From the NCBI GenBank assembly GCA_038247415.1, contig JBBRUX010000041.1, forward strand, positions 1-36,488: a DNA stretch of 36,488 nt. Direction: 5' to 3'. The stretch comes from Chitinivibrionales bacterium. Lineage in GTDB: Bacteria > Fibrobacterota > Chitinivibrionia > Chitinivibrionales > WJKA01. Positions within the stretch are counted from its first letter, which is position 1; each line of letters starts with the position of its first letter. Below the pieces are notes generated by a model. It saw nothing but the letters and a program-made list of their open reading frames with translations, made no database searches and was not told where the DNA came from. Shown one piece after another: positions 10,152 to 19,368 of this stretch. Both the position numbers and the translations under genes were made by a program.

Positions 10152-10481
10152 TTACGTGGACGAGACTGCTGTTGATCCAGTAGCTTCTGTACTTAATGCC
10201 GCGACTATACATTTCTTAAGTTCGCTACTATATTTAAAAAGAGGTACTGCACGTGCAAGAAGCGGAACAACTTCACCTGTTTTGGGGTTACGTGCAGGTC
10301 TAGGCTTGCGCACCTTAGTATAGAAGGTACCAAATCCTCTGATCTCAATATTTTGTTTTCCTTCGAGAATCTTGGAGATCACTTCAAGAAGCTCTTCAAC
10401 AACGATGCGAGTATCAGCTTGAGTCAACCCTGTTGCATTTGCAACAGAAGCGATCAGATCGTGTTTTGTGGTATTGAGCAC
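10152..10481 (-). CDS. HU/IHF family DNA-binding protein
   Basis: TKHDLI...IEIRGFGTF...RPARNPKTGE...P.FK.S; GTG start after GGAGG. Confidence 0.95.
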   Translation of the reverse strand: MLNTTKHDLIASVANATGLTQADTRIVVEELLEVISKILEGKQNIEIRGFGTFYTKVRKPRPARNPKTGEVVPLLARAVPLFKYSSELKKCIVAALSTEATGSTAVSST

Positions 10482-10517
10482 AAATCCTCCTGGTCGTAAA
10501 ACAACGGTTACTCCATA

Positions 10518-10546
10518 AATATCTCATGATGGTTTTTATAATTCAA
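10518..10546 (-). promoter_or_regulatory. Putative sigma70 promoter of the HU gene
   Basis: Minus strand TTGAAT-17 nt-GATATT with TG just upstream of the -10. Confidence 0.4.
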
Positions 10547-10733
10547 GAAAAAAGTTCACCTTGTCAAATCATGAATCCAGATCGTCACAAAAGCGTTTTT
10601 TTCTAAACCTCATGAGTTCATCAAAATGTAACAATAGTCCGGGATTACATCAACGGCGATTATGCTTTTCAAGCAAAGAACCTACGCATAAAGGTATTTT
10701 TGGAAAAAGCTGTTGAGAGAGGTATTTTTCTTT

Positions 10734-12044
10734 ATGCGATTAAAAACCTATACATATTGTACCTACTTCATTGTTCTCTCATTTTGTATTGGGTGTTCAA
10801 CCCATGACACGCACAAAAAAACGCTCACGATCCTCTCCCCGCATCCTCCCGAAATAAAACGAGAATTTGGAAAAGCTTTTGAACATTGGATGCAAACCGA
10901 AAAGAAACAAGGTGTGTCTGTTGCCTGGCTCGATGTGGGTGGAACCGGGGAAGCTATCGAATATGTTAAATCACGTGCTGCTGCGCATGCTCAAGGTATT
11001 GATGTTTTTTTTGGTGGCGGAGATGCTCCTTTTTTAAAACTATCCAAATTAAAACTTCTAAAAGCAGTAACCTATACTGATACTACACTTTTTCGTTTTC
11101 CGCCTTATCTTGGAACCATGCCTTTATATGCAGCACATCACGAATGGTACGGAGCAGCGCTATCAAGCTTTGGCATCATGTACAACAAACGCATTTGCTC
11201 GCAGCGGAATCTACCAATTCCCCAAAAGTGGATCGATCTAGCTTCCAATCGCTACAAAAATTCTGTCGCATGCGCCGACCCTCGCTATTCGGGAACAATT
11301 CACATAATGTTTGAAGTTATCTTGCAATCGTATGGATGGGAAAAAGGGTGGGACATTCTGTGCTCAATTGCCGGGAACATTCCAGTTTTTTCACGCAGCG
11401 CATCACTTGTTGTCAAAGATGTTGCTTTAGGAGAAGCCGCAGTAGGCATGGCAATCGACTTTTATGCGGCTACCGAAATAGAGCGCTATGGAAACGAAAA
11501 TATTGGATTTCGGTTACCAGCCAACGAAACCATTGTTTCCCCCGATGGTATTGGTATTCTTACAACGAGCTCAGATACGGTCCTTGCCAAAGACTTTGTT
11601 ACCTTTGTTCTAACACAAGGACAAAAACTCTGGATTTACAAAAAAGGTATACCCGGGGGCCCAACAGAAAATGCTCTCTGTAGATTTCCTGTTGATACAA
11701 CGTTGTACGCAATGCCCGATTCATTAAAATCGGCGGTAGGAAACCCCTACACAACGTCGTCTTCATTTGTTTACAAAAGCTCACTATCCTCAAAACGATG
11801 GGATCTGGTCAACGACCTGATTTGCGCAATCATCATTGCTCCCCATGCGAACCTTAAAGCATCTGCAGCAAAGCATCATTCTACGTTTGATTCGGATACG
11901 CACACATTTCGTCCCCCAATTACAGAAGGAGCAGCAGATTCCCTGTGTGCAACCTGGGGCGTTAAAAACAATGCTGCAAACCGAATTCGCACTATCGATA
12001 TATGGACAAGAACATTTTTACAATCACTACAGGCAACGCAGTAA
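10734..12044 (+). CDS. ABC transporter substrate-binding lipoprotein, Fe3+/thiamine (AfuA/FbpA-like) family
   Basis: Lipobox-like CIGC; DVFFGGG, PQKWIDL, ADPRYSGT, YGWEKGW, VALGEAAVG motifs. ATG 10734 chosen over TTG 10713. Confidence 0.85.
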   Translation: MRLKTYTYCTYFIVLSFCIGCSTHDTHKKTLTILSPHPPEIKREFGKAFEHWMQTEKKQGVSVAWLDVGGTGEAIEYVKSRAAAHAQGIDVFFGGGDAPFLKLSKLKLLKAVTYTDTTLFRFPPYLGTMPLYAAHHEWYGAALSSFGIMYNKRICSQRNLPIPQKWIDLASNRYKNSVACADPRYSGTIHIMFEVILQSYGWEKGWDILCSIAGNIPVFSRSASLVVKDVALGEAAVGMAIDFYAATEIERYGNENIGFRLPANETIVSPDGIGILTTSSDTVLAKDFVTFVLTQGQKLWIYKKGIPGGPTENALCRFPVDTTLYAMPDSLKSAVGNPYTTSSSFVYKSSLSSKRWDLVNDLICAIIIAPHANLKASAAKHHSTFDSDTHTFRPPITEGAADSLCATWGVKNNAANRIRTIDIWTRTFLQSLQATQ

Positions 12045-12060
12045 CGAGCTGGAGCACCAG

Positions 12061-13125
12061 ATGAAAAAGCTAGAAATTAAATCGGTATCAAAAAAATTTG
12101 GCACAGTCAATGCGCTTCTCGATGTATCACTTGTGCTTATGCCAGGAGAACTCTTTTTCCTGCTTGGCCCTTCGGGATGCGGCAAAACAACGCTCTTGCG
12201 TATTATTGCGGGTCTGGAAACACCCGACACCGGATCTGTATTACTTGATGATAACAATATTACTGCTCTTCCTTCCGAAAAGCGCACTATGGGTATGGTC
12301 TTTCAAAATTATGCACTATGGCCGCATATGACCGTTTTCGAAAATATTGCATACGGACTTAAACGCAGAAAAACCAATACAAAAGAACTGCACACTCGCG
12401 TAGGTGATATACTGGACAAAACAGGACTATCATCTTTATCTAATCGTAAACCCACAACACTTTCGGGTGGTCAACAGCAACGCGTAGCACTTTCTCGAGC
12501 CCTTGTCTATAACCCCGAAATAGTACTCTTTGATGAACCTCTCTCCAATCTTGACGCGCAGCTTCGTGGTGAACTGCGTGCTCAAATACGAGAATTACAC
12601 GCTGCGCTTGGAATCACCATGGTGTACGTTACGCACGATCAGGAAGAGGTGCATGCATTAGCGCAACGAGCAGCGTTAATGATGAACGGCACAATTCTTC
12701 AGGTTGACACTCCCCCCATGCTCTTCTCTAAGCCAAACAGTAACCGTGCTGCACAGTTTTTTGGAAGGCGCAATATTTTCACAGTGAGTATAACAGAAGT
12801 TTCTCAAACTATCACAACCGTTCTTCTCGGTTCTTGTAAACTAACTCTTGCCCACAAAGAAAACGCCTCTGCGCTCAACTCAACAATAACCCTGCTTATT
12901 CCCGAAGAAAAAATAATTCTCACAGAATCTAAATCGCACGAAACAAATTGTTTTGAAGGCACGATAATCTCACTCGAGATATCGAGCCAGACAAAAGTTA
13001 TTGGTATACAAATACACAACATTGTTCTCTACGCACTGTGCCTCAATAGCGCATCATACCATATGAGTCAGGCATTATTTGTTGAGATTCCCTGCGAATC
13101 GGTCTGGATAATTCCCGATGAGTAA
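12061..13125 (+). CDS. ABC transporter ATP-binding subunit (FbpC/PotA-like, TOBE domain)
   Basis: GPSGCGKT, LSGGQQQRVAL, DEPLSNLD, YVTHDQEE. True start ATG 12061 after GGAG; the upstream extension overlaps the previous gene. Confidence 0.93.
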   Translation: MKKLEIKSVSKKFGTVNALLDVSLVLMPGELFFLLGPSGCGKTTLLRIIAGLETPDTGSVLLDDNNITALPSEKRTMGMVFQNYALWPHMTVFENIAYGLKRRKTNTKELHTRVGDILDKTGLSSLSNRKPTTLSGGQQQRVALSRALVYNPEIVLFDEPLSNLDAQLRGELRAQIRELHAALGITMVYVTHDQEEVHALAQRAALMMNGTILQVDTPPMLFSKPNSNRAAQFFGRRNIFTVSITEVSQTITTVLLGSCKLTLAHKENASALNSTITLLIPEEKIILTESKSHETNCFEGTIISLEISSQTKVIGIQIHNIVLYALCLNSASYHMSQALFVEIPCESVWIIPDE

Positions 13126-14776
13126 ACGATCTAATACTATTATTTTTTATTGCCTGGTTGTAGGTGTTCTTGGCGGGTTTCTGCTTGCCCCATTGGCAGG
13201 TGTTTTTGGCAGAGCATTTTGGTTTACTGGAACTTTCGATCCATCGCTTTTTTTATTGACACTTGCAAGTCCAATAGTTCAAACTGCCTGCACCAATAGC
13301 ATTCTTCTTGCATTCCTGTCTCTTGCCATGGCGTTCTTTATCGCGGTACCGCTCGCTTTTATCGTTTCACGGTATACTTTTTTTTCTCGCTCCCTTTTTT
13401 CTGTTTTAGTGCTCATTCCTATGATGTTGCCTCCTTTTGTTGGAGCTATTGGCATGACGCGCATGTTTGGTCAATATGGTTTTATCAACTTATTCTTTGG
13501 CCTAGGCCCCATTCCATGGCTTACGTCTGCAAATATTGTGGTGGTTGCATTGCTGCAAGCTCTGCACCTTTTTCCGATCTTATACCTCAACATTTCGAGC
13601 TCATTATCACAAATCAACCCCGAACTTTTAGAAGCTGCGCGCACAAGCGGGGCAAAAAACGCCCGCGTTCTTTCCGATATTGTTCTGCCTCTGGCTATGC
13701 CCGGTATAGCCGCTGGAGCTATACTGGTATTCTTATGGAGCCTCACCGATTTAGGCACTCCCCTCTTAATGGGGTTTAGAAATGTTTTAGCGGTAGAAAT
13801 TTTTGAGCGTACGGTCTCGATCAATACCGATCCCTCGGGGTCAATTTTAGTAATTATCCTCATGCTCACCACTATTTTTTTGGTGTTAATCTTCAAGAAA
13901 TTCTTTGCGTTCGAAACCGCAACCCCGTCGCGAGGGCAACGCACAGTATCCCTAAAGCAACCTTCTTTGCCTGCAAATATCTTAATGTCTGTGTTCATGT
14001 GGTGTGTTGTTACCGCTAGCATTTTGCCTCATTGTGGAATCATTCTTACTTCCCTAGCCGAAAAATGGTATTTCACAGCACTACCAACCGAGTGGTCTTT
14101 TCGTTTTTTTGGCAGTGCCCTGAGCGCACAAGGAATGCAACATGCCGTGCAAAACTCTCTCTTATATAGCAGTGTTGCAACACTTGTTGATGTTATTCTG
14201 GGCACCTATTTTGCATGGATGATTGCCCGAAAAAAAATTCGAGCTGCGTGGGCTATCGATGCGCTTATCATGCTCCCCATGGCATTACCAGGCATTATTC
14301 TTGCGTTTGGATATATTGCAACTTTTTCGGGAACCTTTTTAGACCCGCTTAAAAACCCTATTCCACTCCTAATTATTGGCTATAGTATCCGCAGACTACC
14401 ATTTTGCTTCCGATCTGCATATGCTGGATTTTTGCAAACAGGCCCCGAATTCGAAGAAGCTGGACGAGTATGTGGCGCAACTCCAAGTACCATTGGGCGA
14501 ACCATTACACTCCCCCTCATTTCGGCACATTTAGCTGCGGGAGCGCTTCTTGCCTTTTTATTTGCGATGCTCGAAGTTTCGGAATCTATGGTGCTTGCTG
14601 TTAAAGAACAATTTTTCCCTCTTACGCGTTTTATATACGCACTGCTGGGCAAAATCCCCGATGGCGAGTATGTTGCATCGGCGCTGGGCGTTATATGTAT
14701 GATAATTCTAGGAAGTGGTATAGCATTAGCATCGGCGATAGTAGGCAAACAGCTTGGAAAAATGTTTCGTATGTAA
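13118..14776 (+). CDS. Iron-type ABC transporter permease (two fused TMDs, FbpB-like)
   Basis: About 12 TM helices; two EAA motifs (LLEAARTSGA, FEEAGRVCGA); DLGTPL. Confidence 0.9.
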   Translation: MSKRSNTIIFYCLVVGVLGGFLLAPLAGVFGRAFWFTGTFDPSLFLLTLASPIVQTACTNSILLAFLSLAMAFFIAVPLAFIVSRYTFFSRSLFSVLVLIPMMLPPFVGAIGMTRMFGQYGFINLFFGLGPIPWLTSANIVVVALLQALHLFPILYLNISSSLSQINPELLEAARTSGAKNARVLSDIVLPLAMPGIAAGAILVFLWSLTDLGTPLLMGFRNVLAVEIFERTVSINTDPSGSILVIILMLTTIFLVLIFKKFFAFETATPSRGQRTVSLKQPSLPANILMSVFMWCVVTASILPHCGIILTSLAEKWYFTALPTEWSFRFFGSALSAQGMQHAVQNSLLYSSVATLVDVILGTYFAWMIARKKIRAAWAIDALIMLPMALPGIILAFGYIATFSGTFLDPLKNPIPLLIIGYSIRRLPFCFRSAYAGFLQTGPEFEEAGRVCGATPSTIGRTITLPLISAHLAAGALLAFLFAMLEVSESMVLAVKEQFFPLTRFIYALLGKIPDGEYVASALGVICMIILGSGIALASAIVGKQLGKMFRM

Positions 14777-14837
14777 ACATATCTCTAAAAATCTATTTCC
14801 TTTTTCTTGTGGCTCATTATAATTTTAAGAGAGGTAA

Positions 14838-14855
14838 TTGCAACACTCTTCACAG
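14838..14855. promoter_or_regulatory. Degenerate Rex-box candidate downstream of a TATAAT (14818-14823), upstream of the ndh-cyd operon
   Basis: TTGCAACACTCTTCACAG versus TTGTGAA-N4-TTCACAA: 10 of 14 specified positions match. Confidence 0.3.
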
Positions 14856-14923
14856 TCACCCTTCGACTCCGCTCAGGGTGCGATTTTGACACCGTTCGTT
14901 GTGAGCGGAGTCGAAATGAACGG
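14855..14923. repeat. REP-like palindromic element pair (inverted)
   Basis: CACCC-TTCGACTCCGCTCA-GGGTG and CCGTTC-gttg-TGAGCGGAGTCGAA-at-GAACGG. The 14-bp cores (14862-14875, 14902-14915) are perfect reverse complements and each unit has its own closing stem. Confidence 0.75.
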
Positions 14924-15006
14924 GAGCTTTGCCATCGCCTCTGTTAGAACAAATATCGAAGTTCTTTGCAATCATATATATGACAACACAATGGGGATAT
15001 CTAACT

Positions 15007-16176
15007 ATGAGAATTATAATTATCGGCGCTGGATTTGCCGGGCTTACAGCAGCTCAAAAACTCGGAAAAACCTATGCTAAACGCTCTGACATCGAAATAA
15101 CGCTGCTTGATCGCCATTCATACTGCTCAATGCTCCCCTCTCTCCCCGATTTAGCTGGCGAACAGCTTCAAAAGCCACTGCTTATTGGAAATATTGCGTC
15201 TCTTCTTCCTAAAAAAGTGAATTTTATTCAAGAAACAATTCAAAAAATTGAGCTCGTTTCAAAAACAGTTCACACGAACCTTGCAACTTTGAACTACGAT
15301 TATTTAATTGTAGCTTCTGGCTCTACCACCAATTTTTATGGCTTTAACGATCATCGCGAATCTCTTTTTACGCTTGAAAACATCGATGATGCACTGCGCA
15401 TCAATGCAGCTTTTAAAGCAAAAATTAAACAGAATAAACCTTTTAATGCTGTTATATCTGGCGCTGGTTTTACCGGTATCGAACTCGCCTGTAATTTATA
15501 TCGCCTAGCCCGCGCCCAAAAGGCAACGGTCACCATAACCATTGTAGAAAAATTCAACCAAATTCTTGGTGGCATGAGTGAAACAATCATCCGCACCATC
15601 GAAAACGAAACAAAAAAACTCGGAATCAGTATTTTAAAAAGCGAATCGATTCAAACATTTGATGGTTCAACCGTAACTCTATCAAGCGGAAAAACCATTG
15701 CAGATGCATTTGTATGTTGGTGCAGCGGTGTGCGCATGGGGCTTCCTCTCGTTGGCAACCATAAAGAAATCAATGATGGCAGGGTTGTTGTTGACAATTT
15801 CCTGCGCGTTCCCGAACACAACGAAGTTTTTATCGCTGGCGATGCCGCAGCGTTCAAATTCAGAGATGGCATGCTCCGCAGGGCAGTTAGCTATGCAGCA
15901 AGTCAAGGAGCTCAAGCAGCATTCAATGTTATTGCAACCATTGGCAAAAAACAACCAAAACCATTCGAACCATTTGATATGGGGTGGGTGATTCCCGTAA
16001 ACTTGACAAGCGTTGGCTATGTCATGGGCATACCTGTTGTTGGCCGTATTGGCCTTTTGGTGCACTATTTTATATGCGGCGTTAAAAATTATAGCCTTAA
16101 AAATTTTATAGGCTATGCGCTTTCTGCCTTTAAATTTACATTGCTTCCTAAAAATTATACCCCTTTAAAAAAATGA
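15007..16176 (+). CDS. ndh: Type II NADH:quinone oxidoreductase (NDH-2) family flavoprotein
   Basis: IIIIGAGFAG (FAD), YDYLIVASGS, GAGFTGIELA (NADH), VFIAGD. Start ATG 15007 begins the Rossmann fold. Confidence 0.8.
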   Translation: MRIIIIGAGFAGLTAAQKLGKTYAKRSDIEITLLDRHSYCSMLPSLPDLAGEQLQKPLLIGNIASLLPKKVNFIQETIQKIELVSKTVHTNLATLNYDYLIVASGSTTNFYGFNDHRESLFTLENIDDALRINAAFKAKIKQNKPFNAVISGAGFTGIELACNLYRLARAQKATVTITIVEKFNQILGGMSETIIRTIENETKKLGISILKSESIQTFDGSTVTLSSGKTIADAFVCWCSGVRMGLPLVGNHKEINDGRVVVDNFLRVPEHNEVFIAGDAAAFKFRDGMLRRAVSYAASQGAQAAFNVIATIGKKQPKPFEPFDMGWVIPVNLTSVGYVMGIPVVGRIGLLVHYFICGVKNYSLKNFIGYALSAFKFTLLPKNYTPLKK

Positions 16177-17168
16177 ACCCCTGGATATCTGCAATGCGCC
16201 TCTTTGCACTAGGCGCAAGTGTACTTCCTGCACTGTATGGTAGTGTGTTGGCATACTCGATGTATGGTCAGTTTAATTTCCTTTACTGCTTGTTAACGAT
16301 CGTTGGAATTGGATGCATTCATACAGGTGCAAATTTAATTAATGATTATTTCGATCACCTCACCGGAGCCGATGAAAAAAACACCGAAGCACTATTCCCT
16401 TTCTCGGGCGGTTCGGGGGTTATCCAAAATAAAATTATTACACCATTGTCAATACTGAGAGCTGCCCTGCTTTTTTTTGCTGCGGGGAGTGCTATTGGGA
16501 TATATCTAGCCATACAGTGCGGTTTTCCCATATTGATTTTAGGAATTATTGGCATTGTTTCCTCTCTACTGTATGTTGCACCAAAAATAAGCCTTATAAA
16601 TCTTGGCATTGGAGAAATTTTTATTGGCCTTGATTTTGGAATACTAGCGGTTCTTGGGGCTTTTTATGTTCAAACGGGCTTTTTTTCCTTTGCAGTAGCC
16701 ATGGCAGCAGTACCCCTTGCGCTGATTATTGCCCTTATTCTTATCATTAATGAATTTCCCGATTGGAAAGGTGATGCTGCCAGTGGCAAAAAAACACTCG
16801 TAGTAAGGCTTGGCCGCAAAAAAGCATCGAGAGCTGTTGTGGTGCTTCTTGTTCTGACTGTAATTTCAATTATTGTCAATGCTGTAGCGCGATTTACAAC
16901 ACCCTTTACACTCCTAGCCCTACTCTGCATTCCATTGCTCTGGCACTCAGGGCACACTGCATTAAAAAGGTACGACACCCCCATTTTAATGATTGGCGCA
17001 AACAAAGGCATTATAGCGAGCCATCTCTTGATAAATCTGTATCTTATTCTCTCATGTTTTTTTAGTAAACCCACTTTTATTGGTGCGCTCTGCGCTACAG
17101 CACTTGTCGGTTTTGGTGAAATTGTTATACTTGTAAAGATATCGGGTATCCCCCATCAAGGCACGTAA
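16173..17168 (+). CDS. menA: 1,4-dihydroxy-2-naphthoate prenyltransferase (UbiA superfamily)
   Basis: ANLINDYFDHLTGAD, FSGGSG, INEFPDWKGDAASGKKTLVVRLG; multi-TM; ATGA-type overlap with ndh. Confidence 0.88.
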   Translation: MNPWISAMRLFALGASVLPALYGSVLAYSMYGQFNFLYCLLTIVGIGCIHTGANLINDYFDHLTGADEKNTEALFPFSGGSGVIQNKIITPLSILRAALLFFAAGSAIGIYLAIQCGFPILILGIIGIVSSLLYVAPKISLINLGIGEIFIGLDFGILAVLGAFYVQTGFFSFAVAMAAVPLALIIALILIINEFPDWKGDAASGKKTLVVRLGRKKASRAVVVLLVLTVISIIVNAVARFTTPFTLLALLCIPLLWHSGHTALKRYDTPILMIGANKGIIASHLLINLYLILSCFFSKPTFIGALCATALVGFGEIVILVKISGIPHQGT

Positions 17169-17173
17169 TCGGA

Positions 17174-17962
17174 ATGAATACCAATCAACCTAGTTGCGAT
17201 CGGTTTGTGGATGCTGTCGCAAAAAGCATCGACACCATTCTTTTAAGCGAATTGCCCAAACCACATCACATCTCATATCACGCACACAGAACCGTAGGTA
17301 AATTTTTTAGATCCCGTTTAATTTACGTATCGGCTCAAGGTATCAACGCAACGCTCTCTTTATTTGACGAAAGCCAACTGGTTTATTTAGCTACCGTTGT
17401 TGAACTTCTTCATAGCGCCAGCTTAATCCATGACGACCTTATCGATCTAACACCACAACGACGCGGCGAAACAAGCGTGTGGATTTCACAAGGCGCTCAA
17501 TCAGCCATTCTCATAGGCAACCTAGTATATCTTGCAGCATTTGCAACTGCTCGGAATTTTCTCGATGATGCAACCGCTGGAGAACTCCTTAAAACTGCTC
17601 AAATTATGTGCGACGGAGAGCTCCTGCAGGCTTCTTTAGCACAAACGCCTCTCAATAAGGATAATTATCTCGAAATCATTCACAAAAAAACAGCCTCTCT
17701 TATGCGAATGGCATGTTTTGAGACCGCACGGATATTAAAACAAGATGCCTCAGCACGTGGAACCTATGGCGCACTCGGAGAAGCAGTAGGAACGTTGTAT
17801 CAATTACTCGATGATGAACACGATAGCGACGTCTCGCTCGAAGGTAATTGTTCTTTTGGGGATTTCAAAGAAAATGAACTCAAAACCATTCAGGATTGCA
17901 TAAAAACATTGGGGATTACAATGCACCTCGAACAACTCATCTCTCCAATGTATATTAAATAG
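17174..17962 (+). CDS. Trans-polyprenyl diphosphate synthase (HepT/IspB family)
   Basis: VELLHSASLIHDDLID..RRG, GELLQ, KTASL, YQLLDDEHD. Confidence 0.88.
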   Translation: MNTNQPSCDRFVDAVAKSIDTILLSELPKPHHISYHAHRTVGKFFRSRLIYVSAQGINATLSLFDESQLVYLATVVELLHSASLIHDDLIDLTPQRRGETSVWISQGAQSAILIGNLVYLAAFATARNFLDDATAGELLKTAQIMCDGELLQASLAQTPLNKDNYLEIIHKKTASLMRMACFETARILKQDASARGTYGALGEAVGTLYQLLDDEHDSDVSLEGNCSFGDFKENELKTIQDCIKTLGITMHLEQLISPMYIK

Positions 17963-18012
17963 CTTAAGTATAGGCCAATTAAAGAGACCCCTATAAAATC
18001 AGTTAGAAAAGA

Positions 18013-19368
18013 GTGAACTTTATGCTTGACTTGGTAAATCTATCACGTCTTCACTTTGCGGTAGTTACCGTGTACCATTTTCTCTTTGTTCCTCTTACTC
18101 TGGGTCTTTCTATTTTTGTGGCAATCTTTGAAACATTAGCATTTGTCAAAAAGGATGATGGTTGGCAAAAACTCGCCGCTTTTTTTGGACAACTTTTCCT
18201 GATCAATTTTGCTGTGGGCGTTGTAACCGGATTGGTCCAGGAATTTCAATTTGGCATGAACTGGTCGAGCTACTCACGTTTTGTGGGAGACATATTTGGA
18301 GCGCCCCTTGCTATCGAAGCTCTTGCTGCATTCTTTCTCGAATCCACCTTTCTGGGCATATGGGTTTTTGGTCGCCATAAATTATCACCAAAAGTTCATG
18401 TTGCAAGTATCTGGATGGTTGCTATAGCAAGCAATCTCTCGGCATTCTGGATCCTTGTTGCCAATTCTTTCATGCAGAATCCTCGCGGCTTTGCCATTGT
18501 AAACGGGAAAGCCCACATGACCAGTTTTCTTGCTTTAATTACCAATCCTAAAGTGTTCTACGAATTCCCCCATGTCATTTTTGCAGGTCTTACTACCGCA
18601 GCAGTTTTTATTATGGGAGTCAGTGCATATCGTATTTATAAAAAGCAGAACCCCGAGCTTTTTTTGCGCACTCTCTCATTTAGTACGGTTGCAGCTCTTA
18701 TATCCCTTATTGCCGTTACCATCATTGGCGATTTACAAAGCAAATATCTTATAAAAATACAGCCCATGAAAATGGCAGCGGCAGAGGCAATTTGGGAAAC
18801 CGAGCAGCCTGCAAGTTTGAGTGTATTTGCAATTGTAGATGGCAAGGCATACCGCAATCACATAAATATTACAGTACCAAAAATGCTGAGCTTCATGAGT
18901 TATTCAAATTTTACAGGTAGCTTTCCCGGCATCAATGAATTGCAAGCAGAAGCAGTGCAACGATTTGGCCCCGGAAACTATATACCCCCTGTAGCGCTTA
19001 TCTATTGGTGTTTTCGAATTATGGTTGCAGGGGGTGCAGTGCTTATCATCGCAACGTTTATTGTAATGTGGTTTATGCGCAAAAAAAACATTCTTACAAA
19101 TCCATGGCTTTTGCGAGGAATTATTGCACTTATTCCGATTCCCTACATCTGCAACTCAACAGGATGGATTATGGCAGAAGTTGGCAGACAACCCTGGATA
19201 GTATATAATATCCTCCTTGTTAAGGATGGAGTCTCCCGATCAAATACCCCGGCAATGGTTCTAACGACCTTGATAGGATTCGCGGTTGTATACGGTATTC
19301 TTGCTTGTATCGACGGATATCTCTTGATAACATTTGCCCGAAAAGAAATTAAGGAGGGTGCTCAATGA
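18013..19368 (+). CDS. cydA: Cytochrome bd quinol oxidase subunit I
   Basis: YHFLFVPLT, QEFQFGMNWS, FFLESTF, QPMKMAAAE, GWIMAEVGRQPW; short Q-loop. Start may be ATG 18022. Confidence 0.97.
   Translation: MNFMLDLVNLSRLHFAVVTVYHFLFVPLTLGLSIFVAIFETLAFVKKDDGWQKLAAFFGQLFLINFAVGVVTGLVQEFQFGMNWSSYSRFVGDIFGAPLAIEALAAFFLESTFLGIWVFGRHKLSPKVHVASIWMVAIASNLSAFWILVANSFMQNPRGFAIVNGKAHMTSFLALITNPKVFYEFPHVIFAGLTTAAVFIMGVSAYRIYKKQNPELFLRTLSFSTVAALISLIAVTIIGDLQSKYLIKIQPMKMAAAEAIWETEQPASLSVFAIVDGKAYRNHINITVPKMLSFMSYSNFTGSFPGINELQAEAVQRFGPGNYIPPVALIYWCFRIMVAGGAVLIIATFIVMWFMRKKNILTNPWLLRGIIALIPIPYICNSTGWIMAEVGRQPWIVYNILLVKDGVSRSNTPAMVLTTLIGFAVVYGILACIDGYLLITFARKEIKEGAQ

Noticed and set aside
11836..12060. 75-aa N-terminal extension of the ABC ATPase in the ORF track
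   Set aside because: Overlaps the binding-protein gene; the domain and SD start at ATG 12061.
14968..14986. TCATATATATGA palindrome near the ndh start
   Set aside because: AT-rich and low complexity; fits no operator I can name.
14838..15080. 80-aa ORF containing PFDSAQGA, and the 14929 extension of ndh
   Set aside because: Translation of the REP-like element and leader DNA, not a real protein.
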